From Octopus sinensis (lineage: Eukaryota): DNA of 64,000 bases. This document shows positions 25,748-38,043 of the stretch, in pieces. The number at the start of each line of letters is the position of its first letter. Position 1 is the stretch's first letter. The stretch covers positions 149,110,001 to 149,174,000 of the forward strand of contig NC_042999.1 in NCBI RefSeq assembly GCF_006345805.1, given 5' to 3'. The position numbers and the translations under genes were made by a program. The notes under the pieces were generated by a model. The model was not told the DNA's origin. It saw only the letters and a program-made list of their open reading frames with translations, and searched no databases.

Positions 25748-25921
25748 TTGGACACACAGGACAGCATTGATCTGGTTCTTCAACGTAATTGGAACATGGC
25801 ACGATACACTGGAGTTCCGAGCATGTAACAGAACCATCATGGCAGATACAAGAGGTGCAGGAGTCGTCATCTGAGAACCACATTGCTCCATTCTTGTAAG
25901 AACGGTCTTTATAAGTACATT
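25748..25921 (-). CDS. Exon encoding one complete VWC (von Willebrand factor type C / chordin-type cysteine-rich) domain: CTYKDRSYKNGAMWFSDDDSCTSCICHDGSVTCSELQCIVPCSNYVEEPDQCCPVCP
   Basis: Acceptor tttgttttgcag|, donor CCAA|gtaagg. 174 nt, phase 1-1. Ten-Cys VWC pattern with G-x2-W, C-x2-C-x-C and terminal CCPxC. Confidence 0.95.
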
Positions 25922-26034
25922 CTGCAAAACAAATATGATAACAGTAATTTCAGGACTTAGATATCATTCAACTTGCTTTTAGGGGTTAACAGGTGGCTTC
26001 AGAGAACAGTTTTGAAAAAGAAATGTGTCTTTAC

Positions 26035-26128
26035 CTTGACACTGAGCACAACATTGTCCTGGTAATCTTTCCGCCAAGGGACAATTAAGTGGAGGGCAGC
26101 TTTCTTTAATACAAATCACATTACCATC
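26035..26128 (-). CDS. Exon encoding the C-terminal half of the preceding VWC domain: DGNVICIKESCPPLNCPLAERLPGQCCAQCQ
   Basis: Acceptor acaatttcag|, donor CAAG|gtaaag. 94 nt, phase 0-1. Splices over a 113-nt intron in frame (G+AA = Glu) to exon 25748-25921. Confidence 0.92.
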
Positions 26129-26942
26129 CTGAAATTGTAGCATTTAGAAATTGAAAACTGAGAATCGCAAATTAAAATGTCAAAAGTTTCTATTTCTTCT
26201 TTTTCAACAGTTCTTCCATTTATGTTCTTGCAAAATGGAACTACTTTAGCCCAGATTTTCTTCAGTTCTATCGACAACCATTTCCAAGAGTTTAAGGTTA
26301 CAGGTAGTAACCCATAACTCACATAAATTCCACAAGGGATTAAACCAATCTCGCATCAAGTTGAATAATAATAATAATGTAATTTCTCAGAAAAAGGTAT
26401 ACAAAATCTTTTTACCGACACCAAGTTTCTATTAATAATATAAATTTCACATTTCAATAATACTCTTCTGTGAATTCCTCTTATTTTAATTTCTTTTAAC
26501 CCCACCCCTCCTCCTCACCCTCATCACCACCACTACCACCACCAGCAAGTTACTCATTATATTTCTTCCACACAATGATTCCATGCATATAATTGGCATC
26601 TACAGTTATAGAACTCAAGTCTGACTGGCAAAACTTCATAAATTAAAACAGATTAGGAGATCGAAAATCCACCTGACAAATGTCATTGAAGACATGAAAC
26701 GATTGTAGTGGCAGTTTATTTCTTTATATTAAATATTTTTATGTATTGATTAAGTCTTTCCTTGTTTGTTTTGCAAAATAGTGGTTTTGTCTCGAATTAA
26801 TATTATATATATATATAAAATAATATGTTACATTACTCGATAGTCAAGATAAAACTCTTGTAACATATTATTTTATAGATAAATTTCCTCTATTTACATA
26901 ATATTGAGGTCTCTTTCTTTCTTTTGTTATCTTACCGTTTTA

Positions 26943-26990
<48 letters not shown>

Positions 26991-27312
26991 TCCTCCCTTC
27001 TCAAAGGATCTTTGTCTTGCAAGTTACTTGGTGACCCTGCCAGTGCTGGTGCCACGTAAAAATCATCAGTCCACCCTGTAAAGTGTTTGGCATTCGGAAG
27101 GGCATCCAGCAGTAAAAATTCATGCCAAAACTAACCTTATCTATGCTGGCGCTATGTAAAAAGCACTGAATCCACTCTGTGGAGTAGTTGGTGTTAGGAA
27201 AGGTATCCAGTCATAAAAACTATGCCAAAACAGATGCAGAATTCTGGTGCAGTCTTCTTCCTGGCCAGCACCTGTCAAACCGTCCAACCCATGCCAGCAT
27301 GGAAGGTTGATG

Positions 27313-27344
<32 letters not shown>

Positions 27345-27358
27345 GATGATGGTGATGG

Positions 27359-27398
<40 letters not shown>

Positions 27399-27659
27399 AT
27401 ATATTTATCATCATCATCATATGCCCTTCCTGTCACCAATTCTCACCTGTTTCCAAACAAGTTAATATTTCCCCATGGCCAGACATGCTTCCACAGAAAA
27501 TATTCCTCAAAGATTTTAGATTTCCTCACAATATGTTGGAGCCAGTTCTCTTATTTGAAGTACCTTAATGCTGGTCCAAGAGACAGAAATCAAGAATTGT
27601 CTAATTCCACTTAATATATTTCGTCCTTTATTTATGGGTCCTTGCATGGACCTTGGGGT

Positions 27660-28066
27660 ACTTGCTCTTGTTGAATGGCCTTCACATTCCCCAGACTTGA
27701 CTAGCCCGGATTTTTTTTTATTGTGGGGATACCCGAAAGAGAGGGTTTATGTCAACAAACCAGAGACCCTGGTGCAACTGAAGGAGAACATCAGTAAGAA
27801 ATCAGAGAAGTGGGGTCTGAAACTTTTGAGGGTATTATGGTGGAAGTTTTGGAAAGAGCATGGGCATGCAAAACTGAAAATGGCTGCCATTTAAGCGATG
27901 TCATTTTTCATATGCAAAATAGTGGTGTTGCAAAATTTGACCTATGCATAGTAATTTCTATTATGTCCTTTATTTTGTATCAAAGTTTCATGCACTTCTT
28001 TGCTTCTTTGTAAAGTTACGGAAGCTATTAAAAATTGGAATCCTTCAGTGACTTTTGGACACCCTG
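27660..28066 (+). mobile_element. Tc1/mariner-superfamily transposon 3' fragment
   Basis: EWPSHSPDLTSPDFFLLWGYPKERVYVNKPETL (WPxxSPDL motif). The right TIR ends CTTTTGGACACCCTG|TA. Confidence 0.85.
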
Positions 28067-28864
28067 TATATAGTCCTAAAATGATAAGTTTCAACAGTAA
28101 TTGCAACAAAGGCTGTATATTTTAACTGAAATATAGTAACAAAAGGTAAAGTCCTTGCCTTTTGTTTTCATTTTAGAAGCAGTTTATATAACTGTTACAA
28201 TGAAAATTTCAGGTGTTGATAGTTTCCAGCTTTTGATGTTAATGGCTTGGATATTATTTAGTGTCTGATCAAGTAACCCAAATGTTGATATAAACATTGC
28301 TACTGTAATCCTATTGCTGGTCAAAGATTTATTACATGTAGAGAATTCTGAAAAACATGTTTTCCGGTTTTTTTTTTTTAATCCAGGTGTTAACTTTCCT
28401 GGTTTCATATTCTTTGTTACAAGTTCCTTCATATGAAGGATTTTCTTCCATCCCTAAATACTTGTAGCATTACTCATCAGATATCAGATATCAGATATGC
28501 ATATATGTGTGTACGTATGTGAAGTATGTTTGTGCATATATGTATATGTATGCATGTATGTATGTATATATATGTGTGATTATATATGCGTGTGTGTGTG
28601 TGTATATATATATATACACACATATACAAATATATATACATATATATATACACACATATACATATATATATATAGATATAGATATAGATATAAATATGTT
28701 TAACTATACGTGTGTATAAATGTGTGAGTTTGTGGTCTGTTTGTGTGTGTGTGTGTGTTTGTGTGCAAGCTGATAAATCACTTCATTACTTCGTAGAATA
28801 GTGATGGAGTGAATCATCATTTGTTTCTGAGTAAATGCTACTGCATACATATATATGTATATGA

Positions 28865-28895
<31 letters not shown>

Positions 28896-28925
28896 TGTAT
28901 GTATGTATGTATGTATGTATGTATG

Positions 28926-29058
<133 letters not shown>

Positions 29059-30009
29059 TGACTGGCTCTCGTGCCGGTCGCACATAAAAACACCCACTAC
29101 ACTCTTGGAGTGGTTGCCATTAGGAAGGGCATCTAGCTGGAGAAACTCTGCCAGATCAGGATTGGAGCCTGGTGCAGCTATCTGGTTCGCCAGTCTTCAA
29201 TCAAAGCGTCCAACCCATGCTAGCATGGAAAGTGGACGTTAAACGACGACGATGATGATGATGATGATGATGATGATGATATATATATTTTGTTTTTGGA
29301 TTTGGTTTGCAAGATACTTTATATAAGTGTTGAAGCATATTCTGTTGTGTCTGAGGAGAGTCATTTTCTTTTTGTGCCTTATAATTTAAAGCACTCACCA
29401 GTAAAATTTCAAATTATTTCTTATTTTTATTTTCCTAAAATTTTTGTTGCGTCTTTCAACCTTTTGAATAGTCTTGACACCATCAGGTACCATTCAAGCA
29501 CTCTAGGTAGAATCTAAGTTCTGGCTAACCACATCAAATGATATGGAATACCCTTGGACTACTTAAGGTAAATTATTCCAAAGTATCTCTTCTGATGTGT
29601 AAATCCTGAGTTTGCTTCATTGGATTATAAATAGTTTACTTTGTGTGTATCTGAGGCAAAATAAATAAGGTGTTGTAACCCTTTGTCTCCAATGTCATGG
29701 TACCACCACAATATTATGACAGATGGTTTAGATACACTATACCGGTGTTGTAACAGTAAACAAGATAATGATGCAGTTGTAATAATAACATAACAATCCA
29801 ACAATCTCTTCATGAATCAACATTCCAAACAAACTAACCAACTGACATCTTCTGATCACTGCGAACTCAACTCAAACTCACACAAACTTTACTCTGTCTA
29901 TTACTATTTATAATCGCTCGGTCCAGTCTATTTCTCACAAGTGGGTGCTGTGACTCTCATCACAACATAAGGAGAATTATACACCTATTCAGATTTTATT
30001 ATTACAATC

Positions 30010-30241
30010 TATTTCTTTATTGCCCACAAGGAGATAAACATAGAGGGGACAAACAAGGACAGACAAAGGGATTAAGTCGATTACATTGACCCCAGTGTGT
30101 AACTGGTACTCAGTTTATCGATCCTGAAAGGATGAAAGGCAAAGTCGACCGTGGCAGAATTTGAACCCATAACGTAACAGCAGACAAAATATGGCTATGC
30201 ATTTCGCCCGGCATGCTAAAGTTTCTGCCAGTTCGCCGCCT
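30010..30241 (-). mobile_element. SINE type B; further copies near 35050-35260(+), 36545-36750(-), 38690-38900(+), 39630-39850(+), 48715-49095(-), 51090-51485(-), 56935-57155(-) and 57840-57935(+)
   Basis: Shared central motif and head, with CpG-to-TpG decay. Confidence 0.85.
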
Positions 30242-31383
30242 TAATTTTATTATGACAATCATTTATGCAGTATATTCTCTTTAAACCTCTGTCCAACATA
30301 TTTTTCTGCTGTATGGATAGTTTGCTTTGTAGTATTTATTTGCATCCTGTTGGTTCAGCTGCATTCTGATTTCATTATGTTTAAAAATGTATCCATGCAG
30401 ATTTATTCAAGTTGTTGCAGCAATTAAAGTATGAAGTGAACTGGAGTATAATGGCTTTGACACGCTTCTATTTTTGGCTGGGACAATTAATGTTGAGTGC
30501 AAGTAATATGAATGATGGTAGGAGAAAATCTGATGTGGCTATAAAATCCATAATCAGTTTGATCCTAGGATGACCCCAGGGTTTAGATATAGAATCATGA
30601 ATGTGAAGAATTAAGCTAGGTTAGAATATATTTCATCCATTAACCTTTAGCAAAATAGATAGGGATACTTTTTGTGAGAGATTAAGGGTCAATAAGTCAA
30701 ATAAATTAAAAAATATAAGATACACAGCCTTTACTTGTAAGAGCTATAACAGGAGTCCTGGGATACATAACAGACCCAAGGAAGTGTGTGGTATGTCTGG
30801 ATATCCCTTGTGATATACAAATGTCACATCATTCCATTTAATAGTCACTGTTCAACGGTCATGATAACACTTCGATTTATGTTACATTGACAAATCTTTT
30901 TATCAATGAATCTTTCATTAATGCTTTTTATTCAATAATTCATCATTAGCTGTTTAGTTGCCATGACATAGCTTTAAAGTATAATGACCAGCTGGTATTG
31001 TGGTTTTTGTTGCTTAACCACTGATCACACCTGAATTAATTAGCAGATCTATAATCTAATCAAAGGCCTTCCAGCCATGTCTCCCACGTCCTTCTCATGA
31101 GCAGGATCTTTTTTTCAGAGAGGACAGGAATTGAAAATAATATGAAAGACATCATGCACGTGCCAATATTTATTTTCAAGTACAGAGAGACAACAGGGGG
31201 AACACCATTAGTAGGAGAGGTTGAGAAGGTGAAAGAGGAGAATAAAGTGTAGTGTTGGAAAGGAACAAGGGACGCTAAGCTAAGAGAAAATAAGATAAGT
31301 TAATACAGTAACACAACAAAAACAACCTTGTCTTTTACTTTTAACTCTACTAAATATGTCAGGGGCAATCTATCATTAAGTAA

Positions 31384-31994
31384 CTAGCTGACTCCGTGCT
31401 GTCAAAAATGACAGCCAACAATAGTATTTTATATATAAACTAGCAAATGCCCCTCCATCCATTGGATGGTGTAAGTTCGTGATAGGACTGAAGTATAGAA
31501 CAGTGTAATTTTGCTTCTGTCTATGCTTAAAATTGAGGATTATTTGACATAGTTGAGACATTAAATCAAAAATGAGCTGGTATTCAAAAGGGGTCATGTT
31601 TTATTTGCAGATATCGGGCATTAAAATGTGAAAATATGGAAAATTATCATTTGGAATGCCGTTTAATTGACTGGATAGCTGAAGAATCAATACAAAAAGC
31701 ATATACGACATTTCTATGGACATGAAGGCAATCTGTAAGAGACATGTTTAATTGCAATATGAAATTACCTGAGGCATCTGGGAATCTGTGCATTGAAATG
31801 AAAAAATGCTTGACTTTAACAACGGGCATTTGTTGAAAGATTAACATGACCTATTGTGAAGAGTAAATAGCTTGCCTCATTTGCAAGTCGGTGCTGAACC
31901 TTTGAAGTCCCTGCTGCTCGGAGACCATCCAGATTCTAAACACTTTCTTTGGAATATAAGAGCCTACAATTCTGCTTTCCAAATTAAAGTATAA
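31384..31994. mobile_element. Helitron composite: two minus-strand 3' termini plus a plus-strand RepHel fragment
   Basis: CTAG|T at 31384-31387 and 31440-31443, each with a perfect 7-bp hairpin. 31872-31994(+) encodes LPHLQVGAEPLKSLLLGDHPDSKHFLWNIRAYNSAFQ (Helitron FLxNIRxYNSAF motif). Confidence 0.75.
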
Positions 31995-33140
31995 ACAATG
32001 GGCATGTATGTGTCAAATCAAGTGAGTCACACAAAAGTCGAAAAATACCACTCATTTTTTGTTTTATATAAGAAACTGTTAACTAAAGTTTTAGATATTT
32101 GTAACCCAAATTTCCACGTTCAATTACCAATAAATTTGTCGTTTTCTACCGTCAATTGAATTTTGTTGTGAGAAAATATTCCCACAGTTGATTGATCACC
32201 AATTAGTGCCATTTATTCATTAAAATTAATATTTTATTTCATTTTTACTTATTCAAAATAGGTGCCTTGTCTTCTTACTCTTTTGCTTCAGCTTATTTAT
32301 TAAACACAGAATGACATGCCTGGATGCACGTGTTTGAGTACAGTTCATTCATCATCATCATCATCATCATCGTTTAGCGTCCACTTTCCATGCTAGCATG
32401 GGTTGGATGATTCAACTGGGGTCTGGGAAGCCAGAAGGCTGCACCAGGCCCAGTCTGATCTGGCAATGTTTCTACGGCTGGATGCCCTTCCTAACGCCAA
32501 CCACTCCGTGAGTGTAGTGAGTGCTTTTTACGTGCCACTGGCACAGGTACCAGACAAGTCTGGCAAACGGCCACGATCGGATGGTGCTTTTTACGTGCCA
32601 CTGGCACGGGGGCCAGGCGATAATTTTTACTACAATCACATGTTTTTTCGTAAAATTGCTTAGAAAGCTTAATGCATTTAATGCTCTGATGCTAATTAGA
32701 TGAACATAGTGGCTGTACATATGTGATTTGCAGAATGATAGCCAATAAGTGCTATTGAAATCGGATTTTCCATCAAGATTTTGATTAAAAAAAGGGAAAA
32801 TCTCAATTTGAAACTAACGATTATGTTATGAAATTTAACTGATGCACCCACTGTGATGTCTTTTACCTATGTGTAAAATTTCAGTGTGATCAGTTGAAAA
32901 ATACGACTGTTGTAATCTTTTACACACATACAGACACACACACACACAGACAAGATATATATTATATTATAAGGTACAAAATAAGGTACATAATAATCAC
33001 AAATACAAACATTCACATACTTCCCTTGTACATGCACACACATATATTCACACAGAATTGAAATGCTGTTTGATTTTTCTTTTCAGCAATGAATGTTCAT
33101 CCTATTTCCATTGCACACACACACACACACACACACATTC

Positions 33141-33818
33141 ACATGTCTCCCTTTTATATACACACACATATACTCACACAGAGTTGAAACGCTGTTTGAT
33201 TTTTTTCACCATAGAACTTCCATCATCTCACTACCAAGTTTGTCATCACCCCTTCCTTCCTCATTCATCTATCACCCCTTCCTTTCTCATTCATATGTTG
33301 TGACGGAGAAATACACAAGAGTATTATTATAGTAGATAATAATGGGCTTATTGAATACATTACTCAAGCATCCTACAACTCACTGGAAAGGATAAAAGAG
33401 GGAGCAGAAAGCAAAAATAAATCAAGAAAAGACAGCAAAAATAACCAAAAGGGCATGCAGAGTATAGAGAAAAAGACAGAAAAGTGAACAGTAAAAGAGT
33501 CATAGAGAAGAATGGGTGTATAGGTATGTGAGCAGTAGTGATGGTAGATTTTAGGAAGCATGGGATTGTTGAAGGATGCAGTGTTGTGATAGCTAAAACT
33601 GATGTTGGTAGTTTATTTCATGCATCTCCCTTTTATATACACACACATATACTCACACAGAGTTGAAACGCTGTTTGATTTTTTTTTCACCATAGAACTT
33701 CCATCATCCCACTACCAAGTTTGCCATCACCCCTTCCTTCCTTATTCATCTATCACCCCCTTCCTTTCTCATTCATATGTTGTGATGGAGAAATACACAA
33801 GAGATGTTGGTAGTTTAT
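33141..33818. repeat. Local direct duplication of about 180 bp (33141-33322 and 33621-33803)
   Basis: Near-identical blocks. The anchor gatgttggtagtttat occurs at 33601 and 33803. Confidence 0.85.
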
Positions 33819-34086
33819 ACCATGCTTTAACAAATCTGAGTGTGAAAAAAATGTTTCCAGATGTCATGAGTGTCATTCTAAAAATGCATCAAATGCCTAA
33901 CTGTATTCATTGAAATATTTATAATTCACATGAAATATTTGAAGAAATGGTCATAATCATAATGTTTTTGTTCTGAATTGCAGATAACCATCTGATATAT
34001 ATACATATATATAAAAGTATACATATAACGGCATCACGGTGATTCCTTCTGATAAGGGGCCTCTACAGTTAGGCCCCAGAGCAAGA

Positions 34087-34242
34087 ATGGACCTACTATG
34101 TAGCAAGTTATTGAGACTTGGTATTCTGCAAACATTTCTCAGCCTCAGTTGTACTGTTATGGCCAGCGTTTGTCTAGACTACCTAAAAAACCAACATGTA
34201 CTTGCTGCACTTGCTGGAGGTGCCCTCTTTTGCTCTTTTTGT
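34087..34242 (+). CDS. Coding exon 1 of a four-transmembrane (CD20/MS4A-like) protein: MDLLCSKLLRLGILQTFLSLSCTVMASVCLDYLKNQHVLAALAGGALFCSFC
   Basis: First ATG after an in-frame genomic stop (TAA 34012-34014). 156 nt = 52 codons ending TGT|gtaagt, a perfect phase-0 donor. Encodes TM1 (LLRLGILQTFLSLSCTVMASVCL, LGxxQ motif as in MS4A TM1) and the start of TM2. Confidence 0.75.
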
Positions 34243-34359
34243 GTAAGTATTGAGAAATTCATTTTATGAACATTTTAAACAAAAGTGATTTTATTCTACC
34301 AAATAAACGACCTAACTTTTGCTTTTATAACTCTATTTTTATTATTACTTATGCCAGCG

Positions 34360-34679
34360 CTGCCCCAACTGGCTTCTGTGCCGGTGGCACTTAAAAAGCA
34401 CCATCTGAATGTGGCCGTTGCCAGCGCCGCCTTGGCTGGCTTCTGTGCCGGTGGCATGTTAAAAGCTCCAACCGATCGTGGCCGATGCCGGACCCCCCTG
34501 GCACCTGTGCAGGTGGCACGTAAAAAGCACCCACTACACTCGCGGAGTGGTTGGCCTTAGGAAGGGCATCCAGCTGTAGAAACTCTGCCAGATCAGACTG
34601 GAGCCTGGTGCAGCCCCTGGCTTCCCAGACCCCGGTTGAACCGTCCAACCCGTGCTAGCGCGGAAAACGGACGTTAAAC

Positions 34680-34711
<32 letters not shown>
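34360..34711 (+). mobile_element. RTE 3'UTR copy with (GAT)n tail; other short copies at 17375-17575(+), 18790-18990(+), 23240-23430(-), 27000-27330(+), 29055-29280(+), 32350-32620(-), 40560-41282(+, tandem), 48210-48385(-), 52020-52290(-) and 63800-64000(-)
   Basis: Conserved ggaagggcatccagctgtagaaactctgccagatcag...ccaacccatgctagcatggaa..gacgttaaacgatgatg. Confidence 0.9.
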
Positions 34712-34715
<4 letters not shown>

Positions 34716-34857
34716 GAGTTCAAATTCAGCTGAGCTTGACTTTGTTTTTCACCCTTTCGATATCAATGAAATGAATTCCAGTTATTTACTTGGCTCAGTA
34801 TAATTGACTTAACCTCTCGCCCCAAGATTTCTGGCCTCATGCCTACAGTACAAAGGA

Positions 34858-35002
34858 TTCTTCTTCTTCTTCTTCTCTTCTTCTTCTTCTTCTTCTTCTT
34901 CTTCTTCTTCTCCTCCTCTTCTTCTTCTTCTCTTCTTCTTCTCTCCTCCTCCTCCTCCTCCTCCTCCTCCTCCTCCTCCTCCTCCTTCTTCTTCTTCTTC
35001 TT

Positions 35003-35032
<30 letters not shown>
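34858..35032. repeat. (TTC)n/(CCT)n polypyrimidine microsatellite
   Basis: Visible. Confidence 0.95.
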
Positions 35033-35033
<1 letters not shown>

Positions 35034-36285
35034 AGGCAATGAACTGGCATAATCATTAGCATGCTGGACGAAATGCTTAGCGCTATTTCACCTGTCGCTA
35101 CTTTCTGAGTTCAAATTCCACCAACATCGACTTTACCTTTCATCCTTTCGGGGTTAATAGAGTAAGTACCAGCTGAACACTGGGGACGATGTAATCAACT
35201 CATCCCCACTTCCTCCAAGCTACCCTTGTGGCAAAAATTTGAAATAATAATAATTACTATTACTGAGAGGTGTGTAAGACACATACAGGGACGCTGTCAG
35301 TAAGATGAGGGTTGGCAATGATTACAATGAGAACCCAGGGCTGGGTTCAAAATTCTACCAGGACACCTAATGAAGGTTGGGGAGTAAATCAGCCAAAATA
35401 TTGTGGTAGTAACAGACAAGATGAGGACACATCTATCCAACGTAAATGATGTAAATAATGTAAGAATGGTATTCATCCACAGAAAATTTGTCTCAACGAA
35501 TTCTGTCTGACCCATGCAAGCTTGGAAATGTGGATGTTAAAATAGTGATGATGAAGAAGATGATGATGATGATGATGATGATGGCTAACAATTATGTCCC
35601 TCCAATGATTTCTAATATTGACCTTAAACCATAAATTTGCTGCACTTTTTAGGGTTGCAGTGCAGAGTGATAATAATTCTCTCTAATTTTGGCTTGAGGC
35701 CAGCAATTTTTAGAAGAAGGGGTCAAGTTGATATTAATAATCAATATATCTACAATCAACACCAGTACACAAGCACTTTATTGGCTTTGAAGGTATGAAG
35801 GGGAAAGTTGGCCTCAGGAAGATTTGATCTCAGAATGTAAAGAAATGTTAAGCATTTTGTTTGGCATACTAATGATTCTGCCAGCTCACTGCCTGAGTGG
35901 AAGGAGATAATAATAATAATAACAATGATGATGATGATGATGATGATGGATGATGATGATGGTGATAGTGATGGTGATGGTGATGATGATGATGATGACG
36001 ATGATGATGATGATGATGATGATGTTTCTCTAAAAGAAATGGAGTAACTTTCAAATTACAAAGATCTGGAAATAGAGGTAACTCAAATGTAGAGCCTAAA
36101 AATAGAAACAATTCTTATCACAGTAGGTATGATAAAAAATATTCAGACAAATACATAACAAAAACACCAGAACAAACAAGTATATATAATATTTAGGAAA
36201 TAGCACTACTAGGCGCCACACATCCTATGTAAAACACTTTCAATACAGTAAAAATAAGAGCATCACAGCAAACCACAGCACATAC

Positions 36286-36345
36286 CTAAGGCACACAGAT
36301 CTGTGCTCAGTAGTGCAAAGAAAGCATGTGATAAAAATAAAACTA
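36286..36345 (-). CDS. Candidate signal-peptide exon (V)VLFLSHAFFALLSTDLCAL(G), possibly of the VWC gene
   Basis: Acceptor (att)n-tcag|, perfect donor TAG|gtatgt. 60 nt, phase 1-1, hydrophobic core ending in small residues. Linkage to the VWC exons is not demonstrated. Confidence 0.5.
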
Positions 36346-36406
<61 letters not shown>

Positions 36407-36779
36407 TAATAGCCAAAAAGAATGAATAGCATGGTACCATTGGCTGCAGGTAATAAGCCCACTGCACATGCAAGACTCCAGGAGCTCCAACAAAACCTGT
36501 GATGAAGAGAAATTAATAACAATAATAATAATTATTATTATTATTTCCACTCTAGGCATAAGGCCTTGAAAACTTTTTGCGGGTAGGGGGCTAGTTGAAT
36601 ATATCGACCCCAGTGTGTAACTGGTACTTATTTCATTGACCCCGAAAGGATGAAAGGCAAAGTTGACCTGGGCGGAATTTGAACTCAGAATGCAGCAGTA
36701 GACAAAATACTGCTAAGCATTTCGCCTGGTGTGCTAACAATTCTGCCAAATAATAATAATGATGATGATAAATGATTAT

Positions 36780-37075
36780 AGATAAGGAAAAGTGAAGTTG
36801 CTAATTTATCAACCCATCATGTCTATTTGATTCCAGGATCGTAAAGAAAGAGGACGGAAAACAAATATACAATCCCTTAAAACTTGAAATAGGAAGAATT
36901 TGGAATGTACGAACAGTAATGGTTGCACTTGTAATAATTGGTGCATTGGGAACAGTAAGTAGTGATATAGAGAAATGGCTGAAGGAGATTCAAATAGAAT
37001 GTCTGGCAGAGCTCCTACAGAAAGTTTGGTCTCTTAGGGACAGGAAGAATTATCAGGAGGATTCTAGGCTCTTGA
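36780..37075 (+). mobile_element. R4/Dong-type LINE, restriction-like endonuclease fragment
   Basis: DSRIVKK..YNPLKLEIGRIW..VIIGALGTVS..EKWLKEI..ELLQKV..LGTGRIIRRIL. Confidence 0.75.
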
Positions 37076-37756
37076 AAGACAGCTGAAAACTTGTGGATAC
37101 ATAAGGTTACAGGTTGTAACCCACTATCCACATAATCCCTACCAGCTGTCCAAGAATTTGGACCTGGAGATCTCCATTTCCAGCAACTTCGAGGGCCACC
37201 TCCCAGTGGTGTCGGGCATCAACAAAGAGCCCTCGACTACAAGACGACCAAAGTTTTTTGTTTTTTCAAGGTCTGGGGTCTCCCGCCTCTAAGCCCAAGA
37301 CCATCACCTAATCACCCTTACCCTTCTTGTTGCTTAACAACAACAAAAATAATCCCTACCAGGAATATGACCAAATCTGAGTCAAACCATAATAATAATA
37401 AAACTAATGTCTAATATCTTTTATTTGTTTTTGTCATTAGACTGCGGCCATGTTGGGGCACCACCTTGAAGAATTTTTAGTCAAATGAACTGACCCCAGT
37501 AGCTTTTTTTTCTTAAAGCCTGGTACTTATTTCATCAGTCTCTTTTCAGACTGTAAAGTAATGTACTGAAATATTGCCAGTCATTTTGTTGATATGTATG
37601 ATTAATTAATCCCTGTATATCATTATTTTTTGTTATTTACAATAACAAAACCTGTAGAAATGTGGCCAACACAAAGAGTAGAACAAAATGCATATTGGTA
37701 TTTAGTTTTGTGTTCAAATTTGCATTTCTTGTCTCCAAGACTGGCAAAATAAGTAC

Positions 37757-37781
37757 CTACTAGTAATATCTCTCTCTTCAT
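37757..37781 (-). CDS. Candidate start exon MKREILLV; joined to 36286-36345 it gives MKREILLVVVLFLSHAFFALLSTDLCALG
   Basis: ATG at 37781-37779 (another in-frame ATG at 37805-37803). Donor GTAG|gtactt in phase 1 matches the next exon. The product looks like a classical signal peptide. Confidence 0.42.
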
Positions 37782-38013
37782 GTGCCTTGCCTGTTTTACA
37801 GGCATCAATAATTATGGACCTCTATGCTAAAATCTGAAGAATAATGATTTTCCTTGAAAAAGGTACAGCAGCGGTTTCTTGTCTTTATTCTTTATTTACA
37901 GTTAGTTACAGTTTTTTCTGTTAGTCTTCTGCTCTCCAAAATTTATTCTTTGACAAGGACACTGGTTCATGTGACATCAGGGCAGCCCACACAATAGTTG
38001 GTCTTTGTGATAT

Positions 38014-38043
38014 ATGTCTTGGAGCTGGCCTTCACTGAGTTAT
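38014..38043 (+). CDS. Possible alternative first coding exon (MSWSWPSLSY) giving an N-truncated isoform of the four-TM protein
   Basis: ATG at 38014 preceded by an in-frame TGA (38008-38010). Ends TAT|gtaagt in phase 0, compatible with exon 38503. Confidence 0.3.

Noticed and set aside
36438-36496. Extra minus-strand exon candidate with a good acceptor
   Set aside because: Entering in phase 1 after MKREILLV puts a TAG at the start of the next exon, and the donor (gtacca) is weak. At most a poison or minor exon.
37925-38043. Long + strand frame with TGA near the donor, considered as selenocysteine
   Set aside because: No selenoprotein motif and no SECIS evidence. The MSWSW frame explains the donor more simply.
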